Origin: Rhynchobatus australiae
Taxonomy: Eukaryota
Assembly: GCA_034780895.1 (NCBI GenBank)
Contig: JAUZTB010000069.1
Coordinates: 3,005,867 to 3,069,866 of the forward strand
Direction: 5' to 3'
DNA: 64,000 nt
Position 1 is the first letter of the stretch, and every line of letters starts with the position of its first letter. The notes under the pieces were generated by a model. The model made no database searches. It was not told the DNA's origin and saw only the letters and a program-made list of their open reading frames with translations. Below, one piece after another: positions 40,711 through 54,304 of the stretch. Both the position numbers and the translations under genes were made by a program.

Positions 40711-41284
40711 ATTTATTTAAAATGGTGTATTCCAGCAATTTAAAAGGTCTGAAAAGCTTCTCTCTTCATATCACCGTACTTAAATGTCAGTTCAGTTTTG
40801 ACCTTTTCTTTTAAACACCTAACTATTATTTGTGCCCCTTTGTTCCTTGTAGGAATTTTCTTAATCTGAATTTCCTCTGCCTTTGAAATTGCCGAAAGAA
40901 ATTTTTTTTTTGAGATTTTAACACTTTTTTTAGTGGTTCCTTTTGAGCAAATAAGGCACTTTTCATTACCATATTCGGCGGGGAGGGGAAGCAAAGTAAA
41001 TTTTATAAATACTAGATACTCCCCTTTCTTATCAGTTATATTAGATTAATAACTGTTCTAATTTGTGTTGTTACATGTTTATTTACATCATAGTATTCTA
41101 AGTAGCCTAAGAAATTTGAGAGAATGGATTATGATAAAGGCACAGGTCAACAATGCCTCTGATGTACTTGTTAATGTTTGAATTTAAAATTGTATGATTT
41201 CTTCTGCAAGTAATTTAACTTGATATTTGTGTACCTTGAAGATTAGTTTAGTAATCTTTTCTGTGTTCTTTGAATTTCACACAG

Positions 41285-41715
41285 GAGGATATTATCCTCC
41301 ACATACTGGTCTACCTTCTGGTGTGTCTCCTTGCCTTCCACGCTACGTACGTCCTAACAGTATGCCAGAATCTCCTCTTCCACCCACTGTGCCATATACT
41401 GACCACTACAATGCATATCCACCTCGAGAACGACTAGCATCTTCGCCTTACCCATCAGGCCCTCCCCAGCAATATGGTTCAGTCCCTGCAGTCCCTTCTG
41501 GAATGTATGCACCAGTGTATGATAGCAGACGCATGTGGAGGCCACAGATGTATCCACGGGATGATATCATGCGGAGTAATTCTTTACCTCCAATGGATGT
41601 GGTACCTTCAGCTACCTACCAGCATCCTCCACGAGAAAGATACAGCTCACTTGATGGATATTATTCTATGGCTGGACAACCATCAAATGAACAGAGGAGT
41701 GTCGCCATGCAGAGG
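41285..41715 (+). CDS. RC3H2: Roquin-2 coding exon 11 (proline-rich region)
   Basis: cacag|GA; YYPP...VPSGMYAPVYDSRRMWRPQMYPRDDIMRSNSLPPMDV...RERYSSLDGYYS...QR|gtagga; 431 nt. Confidence 0.95.
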
Positions 41716-42316
41716 GTAGGATAGACTTTTTTGCTTTCTTTTTACATTATTGGCAGCAATAGTGATTCAATAATAAATTTTTGCTATTATAGTTTAATTT
41801 TGGGATTTACTTTATTTTTGAAGAGTTAAGTTAATACTTAATTATACTGGTAAGCAAAATGAAGCAGTTTATAGCTTGGGAGCATTATGTTGAGCTTCAT
41901 TTCCTTTAGTAGAAAGTTGACTTCATAGCGACTTGTATAGGGTTGATCATAATGTTTTTAAGTCGTTTACAGTACTAAATGTGTGGAGTGTGTTGGACCA
42001 GGAAAAACTAATTAAGAAACGTAATGGTGCAGGACAAATTAATAATCTGAATAAGGTTTAGGAACATAAACAATCACTTATTTTGTACTGAAGTTTTTAC
42101 TAGCTTGAACAAGAACCTCTTAGTCCATTTGTTTAATGTCATGCTAATGTATTTGCTTATTGTGTCAATAGGAGAGAAGCTACATATGGTTTTTATTTAC
42201 ATTCTGAATATTGTTTAAAATTTGCACTGGTGACTATGCAGGAGGGCGCATTATCTAACACTTAGTATATTGAAGTTGAGAATTAAAATTTATCGTCATT
42301 TGTATCTTCCTTGTAG

Positions 42317-42490
42317 GATGCATACAACCGGATACAGCAGCCAGGCTTTGATGACCTGTTAAGACGGAAACCAGACCAATGGACGCAATATTCCACTCAG
42401 AAACCACCACTTGTCTCTTCTGCTTTGTCTACGGTAGCCCAGCCCTCTGCTCCTCCATCCCCCTTGTTCAGCGTAGAATTCAACTCAGAG
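42317..42490 (+). CDS. RC3H2: Roquin-2 coding exon 12
   Basis: ttgtag|GAT; DAYNRIQQPGFDDLLRRKPDQWTQYSTQKPPLVSSAL...PPSPLFSVEFNSE|gtatgc; 174 nt. Confidence 0.92.
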
Positions 42491-43699
42491 GTATGCAAGT
42501 CAAATTAGACTTTAAAGTGATAGTAATGATGAATTAAATACAGTGATTGTTTACCTTTGTAATTATCATTTTGTATATGGACTTTAATACACTTTTGAAA
42601 TAGTAAACATTTGGATCATACATTTTAAAACAAATCCATTGTCTTGAATAATATATACTTTATCTTTTTTGGTACTAAACTAGCTTTCTATTACGTTAAT
42701 CTATTCTCTTTTATTTCAGAAATGTATCACAGATTCCTTTTTAGTAAAATTAAATCCATCCATTTTTTTTGTTTTATAACATTAACACAAAAGTGAAAGA
42801 AACCCCTTATTTTTTACCTGGACTATTTAAAACATACTTGGATAAACACCTTGGGTTGCATTATAAAACTGGACGTTAATGTACAGCAGAACTAACCAAA
42901 AATAACATTTTGTTTCATATTTACTTTTTAATTTAAAAAAAAGTCTCTCTTAGCCTTGGTTTCACATTTGTACTACTTTCCATTTATCACCCTGGTAACT
43001 GATAATGATCTTTGTCAGCAGATACATAAAACATAGAACATTACAGCACAGTACAGGCCCTTCGGCCCACAATGTTGTGCCAACATTTTTATCCTGACAG
43101 GAGAACCAGAGTCTAAAATTTTAAAACACCAGGATGATATCTAATCTTATTATTGCATTATCCAAGACCTGAGAATAGATACTCTCATGCTATCCAGAGA
43201 TTTGTGTACATTGTGTCACACATGGCAGCGTAGAAAATTAGCAAAAGCTGACCAGTTCCATTTTGTGAAGTCCATCCAAAATTCCTGTTATTAAACATGA
43301 TGACAAATGTGACCTTTTAAGGATACTGAGTGTTAAATCTCATCATGCATCCTCGATCATAACCCTCCTGTAAACATCAAGCCATCATTTCCCAAACTGT
43401 CACTGACTCTCACTGTCTTTGAAGACGTGTCCTCCAGGACCTTCACCCTCCAGGTTCCAGCCTGGGTTCTACCTCCTCCCATGATCCACAAGCAGAACCA
43501 GTCCTCTAGGCTCATCATTTTGGGGCTTGCCCTATGGACCTCATTTCTTTCTGCCTCTTTTTTGTTTTACCTCATTGTCAAATCCCTTTCCATCTAAATC
43601 ATTAATACATTTCAATTAAATCAAAAATACATTTTTTGCTCAGTACGTGTGATGATAATATACCAATTTACCAATCTGTAACATTCCTATTCATTCAAA

Positions 43700-45180
43700 G
43701 ATTGAAAAATTATAAATCTCCAGGATGAGCGACTGTGGAGTTTCCATTAATCCAATCTGAGGGAACGTATTATGAGGTTGCAAATATGACCCCACTATTT
43801 AAGAAAAGGGAAGGAAAAACTGGGAATTGACCATTTCGGGTGACATCAGTACTGGGGAAAATGCTAATCTATTACTAAGGAGGTGATAACGGTGCATGTA
43901 GAAAATAATTATGTTTGGACAGGGAAATTATGTTTAGAAATATCTGTTCAGATTTTTTAAAGTTGCAGTTAATAGAATAGATGAGGGTGAACCAGATGAT
44001 TATGGTATATTTGAACTTTCAGAAGGCTTGAGATGCCATACAAGAGGTTATTAATTAAAATGAGCCACAAAGCATGTAATATTGGGAGGGGGGGGGGATA
44101 ATTTTCAGGACTGGATTGATTTGCAGGCAGAACACAGTGGGAATGAATGGGTTACTTCATGGGTAATAAGTAGTAGAGTGGCACAGGGTTTAGTTTGAGG
44201 CCCCAGCTTTTCACAGCCTGTATCAATGATTTGATTTAGGGGATCAAATGTAATATATCCCAGCTTGTTGATGATACAAGCTAAGTATTAGTAATAGTGA
44301 GGTGGGTGAATGGAGGCTTCAAGGGCATATAAACAGATTAAGTGAATTGGCAATCACTTGGCCAATGGAATATACTTTGGTAGGGAAAATGTGGAAAGAG
44401 ACACAATTTTTAAACCTGTGGAAAAATTTAAAGATTTGAAGGGACTTGGGTGTCCCAGTACATGAATTGCAAAAGGTACAGCAAGCAATTAAAAAGACAA
44501 ACATTACTTTGGCCTTTTGTTGGAAGAAGATTTAAGTACAAGAGTAGAGATGTCTTGCTCCAATTACGTAGGACTGCAGTGAGACCACATCTGGAATACT
44601 GTACACAGATATCCTTCCTTGGGTAGGGAAACCATGTACTTGTGATTGAGAGATTGCAGCAGACTCACCAAATTGATTCATGGATTTGTCATGTGATGGA
44701 TTAAGCAGATTAGACCTTATCCTTCTAACCTCTGGAGAGATCAAAGGGTGATCTCATTGAAGCATACAAAGTTCTCATAGGCTTGGTAGGGTACATGCAG
44801 GTATGATGTTTTCCATAGCTGAGTTGTCTAGAACCAAGAGTCACGAGGATCAGCCATTCAGGATAAATGAGAAGAAATTTCTTCACTTGGAAAGGGGTGA
44901 ATCTTTGGAATTCACTATCCATGGAAGCTGTGGAGGCTCTGATTCTGCATATATTCAAGACAACTTTGTTAGACATTAAGGGAACCAAGGTTTGTGAAGT
45001 TACTGCAGAAAAGTGGCAATGGGAGGGGAAATGGNNNNNNNNNNNNNNNNNNNNNNNNNNNNNNNNNNNNNNNNNNNNNNNNNNNNNNNNNNNNNNNNNN
45101 NNNNNNNNNNNNNNNNNNNNNNNNNNNNNNNNNNGCAATGGGAGGGGAAATGGGCATGATTTTATTGAATCGCATCTTAG
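43700..45180 (+). mobile_element. Degenerate CR1-like ORF2
   Basis: ANMTPLFKK-like, YLNFQKA-like, ttgatgatacaagcta (DDTKL-like), RRNFFT..VNLWNSL. Confidence 0.8.
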
Positions 45181-47305
45181 GTTGTGATATTTTTTCTGGT
45201 ACACAAATTTTAAAAAAAGGTTTGAAGGATTTTTTTTCTAAATTACTTGGAGTAAATCAAACTGTTACCATTAAGTGATTCTAGAACCTAGTGGCACAGA
45301 TTTATAATTTGGGCCAAAAAATTCATCAAGAGAATAGCCGTAATCTGGCGTTTCCTGCCTGTAAGAGTGGTGGAAACAATCATTTAGGGCTCTCAAAATA
45401 GGTCTGACTGGGCACTTGAACAAAAACAACTTGCAGTGCTATAGGGATAAGTGGATGAATGGGACTGATGAGAGCATTGTATTGGGAGCTGTGGCAGACT
45501 CAGACTCAGTGGGCCAGATGGAGGCCTCCAGTGGTGCACTGTTATATTACTTCATGATCTGTGGTGTGTGTGTGCGCACACGCACACAAAATGGAGGTTC
45601 CTGATTTCAAATCCATTGATAAATGACAATATAAAAATATTAAGGATAGTTTTGACTATTGTGAAAATGGAGTACAGTATTTAATCCCTGATTATTTATG
45701 CAGTGGTTCAGTGCCTCAAGGTTCTACTTTGTCATTCTGTGATACTAGGTAAGCATTGTTGAAAATTCATGAATTTTATCAGGCATCAGTTCAATATTAA
45801 CTATAAAACTTGGTTTAAGCTGTACTTTTACAAATAATTCTTTACTATTCATGTGACCCGTGCCAGTAATGCACAACTTTTTTTAAGCATGTATCAGATG
45901 ATGGTCTTGTAAACTTTTAGATCGTGGCTCCACGAATGGTTTGAAATTTCAATTTGCCCAATGTGAAGCTTCTGTACTGTTTCCCTTTTACGTTGACTTG
46001 CTTTTAAAAGTGATAATTACTTGTTAGCAATTCTTGCCTACACAAACACTATGGAACGGCAGTGAATTTTTATGTAGAATCTACAATTTTACTTCATCCT
46101 ACTTCTATGTGACTGTTGCCACCTTTTGTATATCCCTAGGGCCTCTCATTAAACTCATCAAAACTCAAGTCATTTTGTATGCAGCTAAGTTCCACATTCC
46201 CACCTTGTAGAGAAAGGAATTCCTAAATTATTATTTCTTTAAGTCCTTTCCTCGAGATTCCAGCCCAGTATAAGAGCAGCCCCTCCTAGCATCACCACAG
46301 ATTCTGGTTTCTGGTGTCATTGTCTGAGTGGAACAGAGACATTTCCTGCAGATGATCACGTTTATCAGTATCCACTTGTTAACTCCATGACAAATAGTAG
46401 TAGTATGGTACGTTCTATTTCTGCAGACTTCATTCCTGCTAAATACTTGATAATGTATCTCCAGCTTATTTTCTAAAAAGCTCAGTTGTTGCTACAATTA
46501 TGGTGGAAAGCTTCAGCTACTCTTTCAGAGGGCAGCCAAACTCTTGTTTCACTGCCATTCCGTATTCTAGTCAGGGTATCTCCTTTACACAAGTCTCTTT
46601 TTTTATTTTAGAAACCAGTGTAGCATTTAATCAACAATTTGGGTTTACACATTTTTGTACATNNNNNNNNNNNNNNNNNNNNNNNNNNNNNNNNNNNNNN
46701 NNNNNNNNNNNNNNNNNNNNNNNNNNNNNNNNNNNNNNNNNNNNNNNNNNNNNNNNNNNNNNNNNNNNNNNNNNNNNNNNNNNNNNNNNNNNNNNNNNNN
46801 NNNNNNNNNNNNNNNNNNNNNNNNNNNNACCTTTTGGGCATGAGCTGGTTTTGAATCTTTAAGAATGCAATGGGGGGGGTGGGGCTCAGGAGAAAATAAA
46901 ATGCATTGCTATGTGCAGTTTCTGTGAGTTGTTAAATTAGTTGTCAAAAGTTGTTAGCACCATTTGTAAATGCAAGAAGATTATTATTTTAAATTGCCAG
47001 ATTTCCCTTTTGTTTTCTTCCCCTATTCTTATTAGTTTCACCTATAGTAGCCTACTTCTCATAATGCTCTTTGCTATCTAATCAGTGCTTTTGATGTGAC
47101 ATTCTCCATGATATGAACAGCACCACCTGAGAGCTATTGTGTTTGGTCAACTTGGGTTTCCCCACTTTTATTGTAAATTTCATGAGACCTAGCAAATTGA
47201 AGTGCATGTGTGTCTGTGCACTGAATGAATTTTGGTGAAGATGCAAAGACTAAAACTATGATCAGCCATTGGAACAGTAATATCTGTTTGCTTGTCTTTT
47301 AACAG

Positions 47306-47464
47306 TTTTCTGAGAATACCAGTGACTTGTGTGTGGGCACTAAATTTGATGATGACAGCATGTCCCATTACTCGCCATGGTCTTGTGGGACTATCAGCTC
47401 TTGTATTAGTGCAATGGAGTCTGATCCGAAGGATGTCATGGCAACCACCAATGTAGAGATATTG
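47306..47464 (+). CDS. RC3H2: Roquin-2 coding exon 13
   Basis: taacag|TTT; FSENTSDLCVGTKFDDDSMSHYSPWSCGTISSCISAMESDPKDVMATTNVEIL|gtaagc; 159 nt. Confidence 0.92.
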
Positions 47465-47949
47465 GTAAGCTAATTGATCTCTTTCAAGAGTTCACTTTTC
47501 ATTGTTGTATTTGATATTAGAAAGGGTGTGACTTCAAATTTAGAAAGGTTCCAGTAAACTGTTATGTATTAATGAGGTGAGCAATGATACCAATAATATC
47601 ATCACTAATTCTGTTGTTGGAACCATTTTACTGCCAAGATTCTATAGAGTGAAACTTAGATTAATTTATAAACTAGGATAAGAAAATAATAATGCAATGC
47701 TTCTGTAATTTCCATCACTGTTTATACTTTTTCTGACTTTGAAAGCAAGGAAATATATCCACATAATTTTAAGTTGATGTGTTATTTTAGTGTAATAATT
47801 TCCTTCAGTATTATTTGGTGGAAATGTAAGTGCTCTTTGTACATAGTACAGTTCAAGAATTTAGTAATTTTTTTGACTGTTGTTTGAATGCAAATACAAT
47901 AGCTTTTATCAATGTACACCATTATTCATGCAAATACCTCCTCCAGAAA

Positions 47950-48290
47950 GCGCAGTGGTGCAGCAATTATGCTAGTACGACACAGGTCCATCAACCTGGC
48001 TTTGATACTGATTGCAAGTGTCCTCTGTATGGAGTTTGAGTGTTTTCCCCATGATTGGTTTTCCTGCATTCTCTGGTTTCCTCCCACATTCCAATCAGTG
48101 CAGATACATTAATGGATGCTGTAAATTAGCCCTAGTGTAGGTGCATGGGCAGAAAAATCCTGGCGGAGTTGATGAATAGGTGGGGACAATGGGTTATAGG
48201 GAATCTAAACAGGGGAATGGGACTGATGGGAATGCTCTGAGAGTCAGCATAGACCTGAAAGTCTGAATGGCCTTGTATGTCACAAGGAAA
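47950..48290 (+). mobile_element. V-SINE with CR1-like tail
   Basis: gcgcagtggtgcagca, tggagtttg..ttttcccc, tggtttcctcccacattcca, gtaaattagccctagtgt. Confidence 0.7.
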
Positions 48291-51200
48291 TGTTATATTT
48301 AGATCTACAATATCATAACCACTCAAGTTTTCCTATAAGCAGATGGTTGGTATTTAGAAGAATAGCTTAATATGGTCACTTTATGATTTTTGAAAGAGTT
48401 GGTCACCATCGTATTAAGGTATTCACAAGCTTTTCAGTATATTGCATGTTATTTTGCTGATATTTTTGTTTCAAATGTTGTAATAAATGACCANNNNNNN
48501 NNNNNNNNNNNNNNNNNNNNNNNNNNNNNNNNNNNNNNNNNNNNNNNNNNNNNNNNNNNNNNNNNNNNNNNNNNNNNNNNNNNNNNNNNNNNNNNNNNNN
48601 NNNNNNNNNNNNNNNNNNNNNNNNNNNNNNNNNNNNNNNNNNNNNNNNNNNNNNNNNNNNNNNNNNNNNNNNNNNNNNNNNNNNNNNNNNNNNNNNNNNN
48701 NNNNNNNNNNNNNNNNNNNNNNNNNNNNNNNNNNNNNNNNNNNNNNNNNNNNNNNNNNNNNNNNNNNNNNNNNNNNNNNNNNNNNNNNNNNNNNNNNNNN
48801 NNNNNNNNNNNNNNNNNNNNNNNNNNNNNNNNNNNNNNNNNNNNNNNNNNNNNCCAGTTGTACTTCCAGTGGCAGCTGTACATTCTGATAATGTTACCTT
48901 AAGCCCCAAATCTCTGCCTTCCCTCTGATTCTCAAAGCTATTTGTCATCTGTTCTAAAATCTCCTTTATGTGGTCTGGTATTAAATATTCCCCAAAGCGT
49001 CAAAGAAATGTTTCTTTGTTAAAGGCACCATATAAACACAAAGTGATGCTGATGTGTTTGAAATGTACCTTTTTTAAATAAAATATTTGAACTATTTAAT
49101 CAAATGTAATCAATACAAATGTTTTTTTGGCTGCAGAGGTAATGACCCCAGTGACGTAAGTTATTTATAATGGGCAAAGCCCTCAATGGTTTTCAGATGA
49201 CCTTTTGGAAAAAGTGCTTACACTGGAAGTACAGCCCAAAGTTATTTTCAGAAAGTGCAGCCGAGGTCAGATAATTGGTGTACAGCAGGTGTTGGACTTG
49301 CAGAAAGTTCTGTGTGATAAAACAAGACTGAATGTTAGGGTTGGGAGAGCAAGTTATTGCCTCTGGCATTTCCTTTTCCTTTTTTTCTCCCTATGATATA
49401 CAGGGAAATAAAGCGTCCCCTTGCCTCCTTGGATTTAGTGTGCAGTGTAGTTATGATGTACTCTTTTGATGTTGAAAATATTAAAATCTCATTTTCAAAT
49501 TAATTTGCAAGATGGGGATGCTGCTGGCATGGGTAGCATTTGTTGTCCATCCCAAATTGCCCCTGAAGGTAGCTGTCATTTTGAATAATTGTAGTCCTCT
49601 TGATGAGCATACTTGCAAAGCAATGCATTTCCAAAATGTATCTGGCAGGTCAGGCAGCTTCTCTGGAGAGAGAAGCAGAGTTAATATTTCATGTCAATGA
49701 AAGATTTCTCCAGAAGAGATGTGTATAGTGGAGGTGTATGAGGGCTGGGGAGGGAGANNNNNNNNNNNNNNNNNNNNNNNNNNNNNNNNNNNNNNNNNNN
49801 NNNNNNNNNNNNNNNNNNNNNNNNNNNNNNNNNNNNNNNNNNNNNNNNNNNNNNNNNNNNNNNNNNNNNNNNNNNNNNNNNNNNNNNNNNNNNNNNNNNN
49901 NNNNNNNNNNNNNNNNNNNNNNNNNNNNNNNNNNNNNNNNNNNNNNNNNNNNNNNNNNNNNNNNNNNNNNNNNNNNNNNNNNNNNNNGGCTGAAATTTGC
50001 CGTCTCCTTTGGTCTCTTCATTAAAATGAAAGGAGTTGCTGAATTGGAGCCAGATTTAACCTGGCACAGATTAAATAAGCACAATACCTAGTATGACTGA
50101 TGGGAAATAACTCTGGAGTTGCCCTCTGAACCCCATTAGGAATCCAATATCTCAGGCAGGAAAATGCCAGGAAGCACTTATCAAGAGCTTTTGACCTTCT
50201 GTGTTTATGCTCAGCAATCATAAGAGTCCTGAGCTCTCTGACACTTGTAGAAAAATGCAGGTAGTTCCACCAGGAAGCATTTCTCTGCAATTCTCTGCCA
50301 TTTCTGTGAAAATCTGTGTCCCTTTATAATTCTGGAATGGGGGAAATTGGTGGCATTCCCAAGTGCCTGCTGCCCTTCACCTTCCAGGTAATGGTAAAGG
50401 GTTGTGTGTTTGAAAGTGCTATTGAAATAACATAACTGACAATGAGCCTGTTTCATCTTTTGTTACCTTTCATCACTAAAATTTAAACAAAATTCCAGTG
50501 ATATGTGGACCTTGGGTTTTCTCTGCTGGAAGAGATTTTCAGAGTTTGCATTATACCAGGAACTGAAAATAGTTTGTTGCCTTTGATAATGGAATTTTAC
50601 TACATTTTCTGTTGTTTGTTTGATCTGCCATCACAGAAAAAATACTAATTGTGGGTGGAATGGTTTATCTGTTTACACACAGATCAAGATGAATGCACAT
50701 TATGAAACTGATCTTTGTTCTACATTCTCCAGCTGAGGTAATAGGCAAGGGGCCAGCTCTCAGGTGCTTTCCTATGCTACTAAACGAAGTTGTTATGAGG
50801 AGGTGGTTGATGGTTGCCTGGGAATTCCTGTCATTAACACCTTCCCTGTGGATTTCTCTTCCACTCAGAATGGCCTCTTCATTTAGGGATTTATTAGCAC
50901 ACCTTGTGGAAAATTGCAGGTGTGCATTAAGCTTCCTTTTGTTAAGCATTACAAAGCATTTACAGAATAGAAATATTCAACCAAAACATCTATGCTGATG
51001 ATTATGGTTCATGTGAGCGTCCACCAACGCTTCTAACCATTTTCCATACTTTTCTCCCGCTCATCATTACACAATTTCCCTTTTAGTAATTTCATCTCAG
51101 CTGTTTAATGTTATGCAGCTTTTCTGTTCTCTCTAATATGTTTTGTGTCTTGGACTTAAACTGAAAGGATAGCAAACTGAATGAAAGTGGTATTTTGTCT

Positions 51201-51390
51201 TGGTAACCAAATTGAGTTTATAATTTCTCTGGTTTATTACTTGCACAAGAATAATTTGTCATTTGCATTTGAAGGGGGACCAGGAGCTATATCTTGAAAG
51301 AAGGATATTTGTTGTAGACTTTGTTTAACATTTTTTAAAACTGGATATTTGCAACACTTCATTTTTCACATCCTTCTTGGCTGTTTTCAG

Positions 51391-51595
51391 GACCTTAATG
51401 TGAAAAGAAGTCTAAATTTGTTTGGCCCTCAAAAAAGGGGAAAAGATGAAGACCCCATAATTCCGTTTGGTGACGGACCGATCATCTCTAAATGGGGTGC
51501 AATTTCTCGGTCTGCCCGCACAGGTTATAATAACACAGACCCAGTCCAAGCTACAGCTTCCCAAGGAAGTGCTACAAAGCCCATTAGTGTAACAG
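51391..51595 (+). CDS. RC3H2: Roquin-2 coding exon 14
   Basis: tttcag|GAC; ...EDPIIPFGDGPIISKWGAISRSARTGYNNTDPVQATASQGSATKPISVT; G|gttagt; 205 nt. Confidence 0.95.
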
Positions 51596-52691
51596 GTTAG
51601 TAGTGTTTCCTGCTATGTATCATTGTTTTAAGCAATTAGGTATATTTAGAAAGTTTTCAATGTAGATATTATTGTAAACGTTTATTTAGGTCAAATTTGG
51701 TGATAAAGGAAAAAGATGTGATACTAATATTAAAGATTGTATTATTTATATCACTCGTACCTGTTTCTGCAAGATGCCTATATTGTGGCTTTGATTAATT
51801 ATATGAGAAAATTGTATGATATTTTTGTTTATAAATGTCAACTCTGCAATTCAGGTTGCAGNNNNNNNNNNNNNNNNNNNNNNNNNNNNNNNNNNNNNNN
51901 NNNNNNNNNNNNNNNNNNNNNNNNNNNNNNNNNNNNNNNNNNNNNNNNNNNNNNNNNNNNNNNNNNNNNNNNNNNNNNNNNNNNNNNNNNNNNNNNNNNN
52001 NNNNNNNNNNNNNNNNNNNNNNNNNNNNNNNNNNNNNNNNNNNNNNNNNNNNNNNNNNNNNNNNNNNNNNNNNNNNNNNNNNNNNNNNNNNNNNNNNNNN
52101 NNNNNNNNNNNNNNNNNNNNNNNNNNNNNNNNNNNNNNNNNNNNNNNNNNNNNNNNNNNNNNNNNNNNNNNNNNNNNNNNNNNNNNNNNNNNNNNNNNNN
52201 NNNNNNNNNNNNNNNNNNNNNNNNNNNNNNNNNNNNNNNNNNNNNNNNNNNNNNNNNNNNNNNNNNNNNNNNNNNNNNNNNNNNNNNNNNNNNNNNNNNN
52301 NNNNNNNNNNNNNNNNNNNNNNNNNNNNNNNNNNNNNNNNNNNNNNNNNNNNNNNNNNNNNNNNNNNNNNNNNNNNNNNNNNNNNNNNNNNNNNNNNNNN
52401 NNNNNNNNNNNNNNNNNNNNNNNNNNNNNNNNNNNNNNNNNNNNNNNNNNNNNNNNNNNNNNNNNNNNNNNNNNNNNNNNNNNNNNNNNNNNNNNNNNNN
52501 NNNNNNNNNNNNNNNNNNNNNNNNNNNNNNNNNNNNNNNNNNNNNAGCTCAGTTTCTCATCCCACAGATGTGGCCTGACCTGCTGAGTATTTACAGCATT
52601 TTCAGTTTTTGTATCATGGATCAGGCATAGATATCAAATGAATTTAAAATAACATATATACATATTGGTGAAATCTATATCTTTTCCACAG

Positions 52692-52788
52692 ACTATAGTC
52701 CACATGTGAGTCATGCAGACTCTAGTAGTTGGACTTCCCGTGCTCTTTCATATGGATCAAATTCAACCACCAGTCAATTCCTAAACAG
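52692..52788 (+). CDS. RC3H2: Roquin-2 coding exon 15
   Basis: ccacag|AC; (D)YSPHVSHADSSSWTSRALSYGSNSTTSQFLN; AG|gtactt; 97 nt, phase 1 to 2. Confidence 0.82.
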
Positions 52789-54228
52789 GTACTTTTGAAA
52801 TACTGTTAGTATTAGTGATTTCTGCTTGCTTTGTCTCCCATATCTTCTTTTGTTTCCATTGNNNNNNNNNNTCCATTGAATTTCAACATGAATGCAGTAG
52901 CTATTTTAGATGCAATGACCTTGCTGGAAAAGTATATGGAAAGGGAGCCATTTTTGGCAGTTTTTTGAAAAGCAAAATAGAATATTTGATGACTGTTTTT
53001 ACAAAGTAACTCCTTTTAAGCTTTTTTTTATAAAAATAGTGTCCTGAAGAACTTCATGAGTTCTGAAAATCTTGATTCAAAACCCTTGCTGTTGGGGGGA
53101 AAAAGATGGTCATGTTCATGATCCACAGAAGAACCTGCAAATTCCATAGTAACATTTTTCCATACAACACATCCTTTTGCATTTGGATCTAAATTATAAT
53201 GCTGTCATTGCTCTACCTGTGTGCATACTAGATGGAATAATGGTGAGGTCTTTGTCAAGGAACACTGAAATAACAGTTGTTTCAAAATGGAAAGCAGTAA
53301 TTGGGGATTTTCCCTTTTCTCTTTTCTCTCTCCCACCCACATAAATTTGGATGACTTCTTTGGAAATTATGGAGGAACACATCTGATGGTAAATTTGTAC
53401 AAATCATTATAAAATTTGCCATACTTTCTCAAAAATGATACTTGTTATTTAATCATGAAACTGGAGCTTATTTTTAAGTCTTAGTCTTGGGGTTGCCTTA
53501 TCCTTTTTTTAATTGGGAGGGTGGGGTTGACTTGCCCTCATGTTAGAGAACCAGGGAGACTGCTGCACACAGGAGTATCCTTAAGTGGGAAAAATACTGA
53601 TCTGATCTTGGCCACACTATCTTAATTTCATTTCTTTCAAATACATGTATTTTCCCATGCAATATTATTGTCTTTCACGAATGAACATGTCAAGTAGTTC
53701 ATAAACATTTAGTTGTAATATGAATTTGCACCCCTCAATAGCTTAACGCACCATGCAAATTTTTTGCATCATATTTATTTTCTCACATAGACAACTTTTA
53801 AGATTTGTATATCAAATATTTTGTACATTTCTTGAAAAGATACATTTGATTACTCATTATAATTTGACTCATCCATTCTATGCTTCGGTGAAGACTCAAA
53901 TTCAGTAATACAAAGGTATGTCTTAAACTTTTTATGTAATTTTTAAGGTTTCCTTGAAATAGTTTCTCATCGGAAAGTGGCCAGGCCAACTTTTTTCCAT
54001 GATTCTCGTACACTTGCTAGTCAGGAGGAATTGTGTGAGAACTTGATGATAAGAAGATCATATGGTTTTTACACAACTTCCCATTTTTATTTTGTGACTC
54101 CTCAGAATATTATGTTGAAGTTTGTGTTATGCTCTTGTGTTATGTCTGTCCCTTCAGTATATGGTACATTTAGCAGCTACTTGGTATTATTGAAGACTTG
54201 GGTTAACCTTTGATATTTAATCTTACAG

Positions 54229-54304
54229 GGACAGATTGATGGACATTTCTGCCCCTAGGCAACATCCTAATGGTGGAGATCAATTAAGTATTGAACTACA
54301 ACAG
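54229..54304 (+). CDS. RC3H2: Roquin-2 coding exon 16
   Basis: ttacag|G GAC; (R)DRLMDISAPRQHPNGGDQLSIELQQ|gtaagg; 76 nt, phase 2 to 0. Confidence 0.88.

Noticed and set aside
42524-42600. taATGATGAatt box C-like motif after coding exon 12
   Set aside because: No downstream CTGA box D or terminal stem.
45562-45588. (TG)n-CG-(CA)n palindrome with Z-DNA potential
   Set aside because: Short microsatellite at a retroelement tail; unremarkable.
51737-52630. Long ORFs in the track here and at 48390-48948 and 62437-63098
   Set aside because: Artefacts of translating N gaps.
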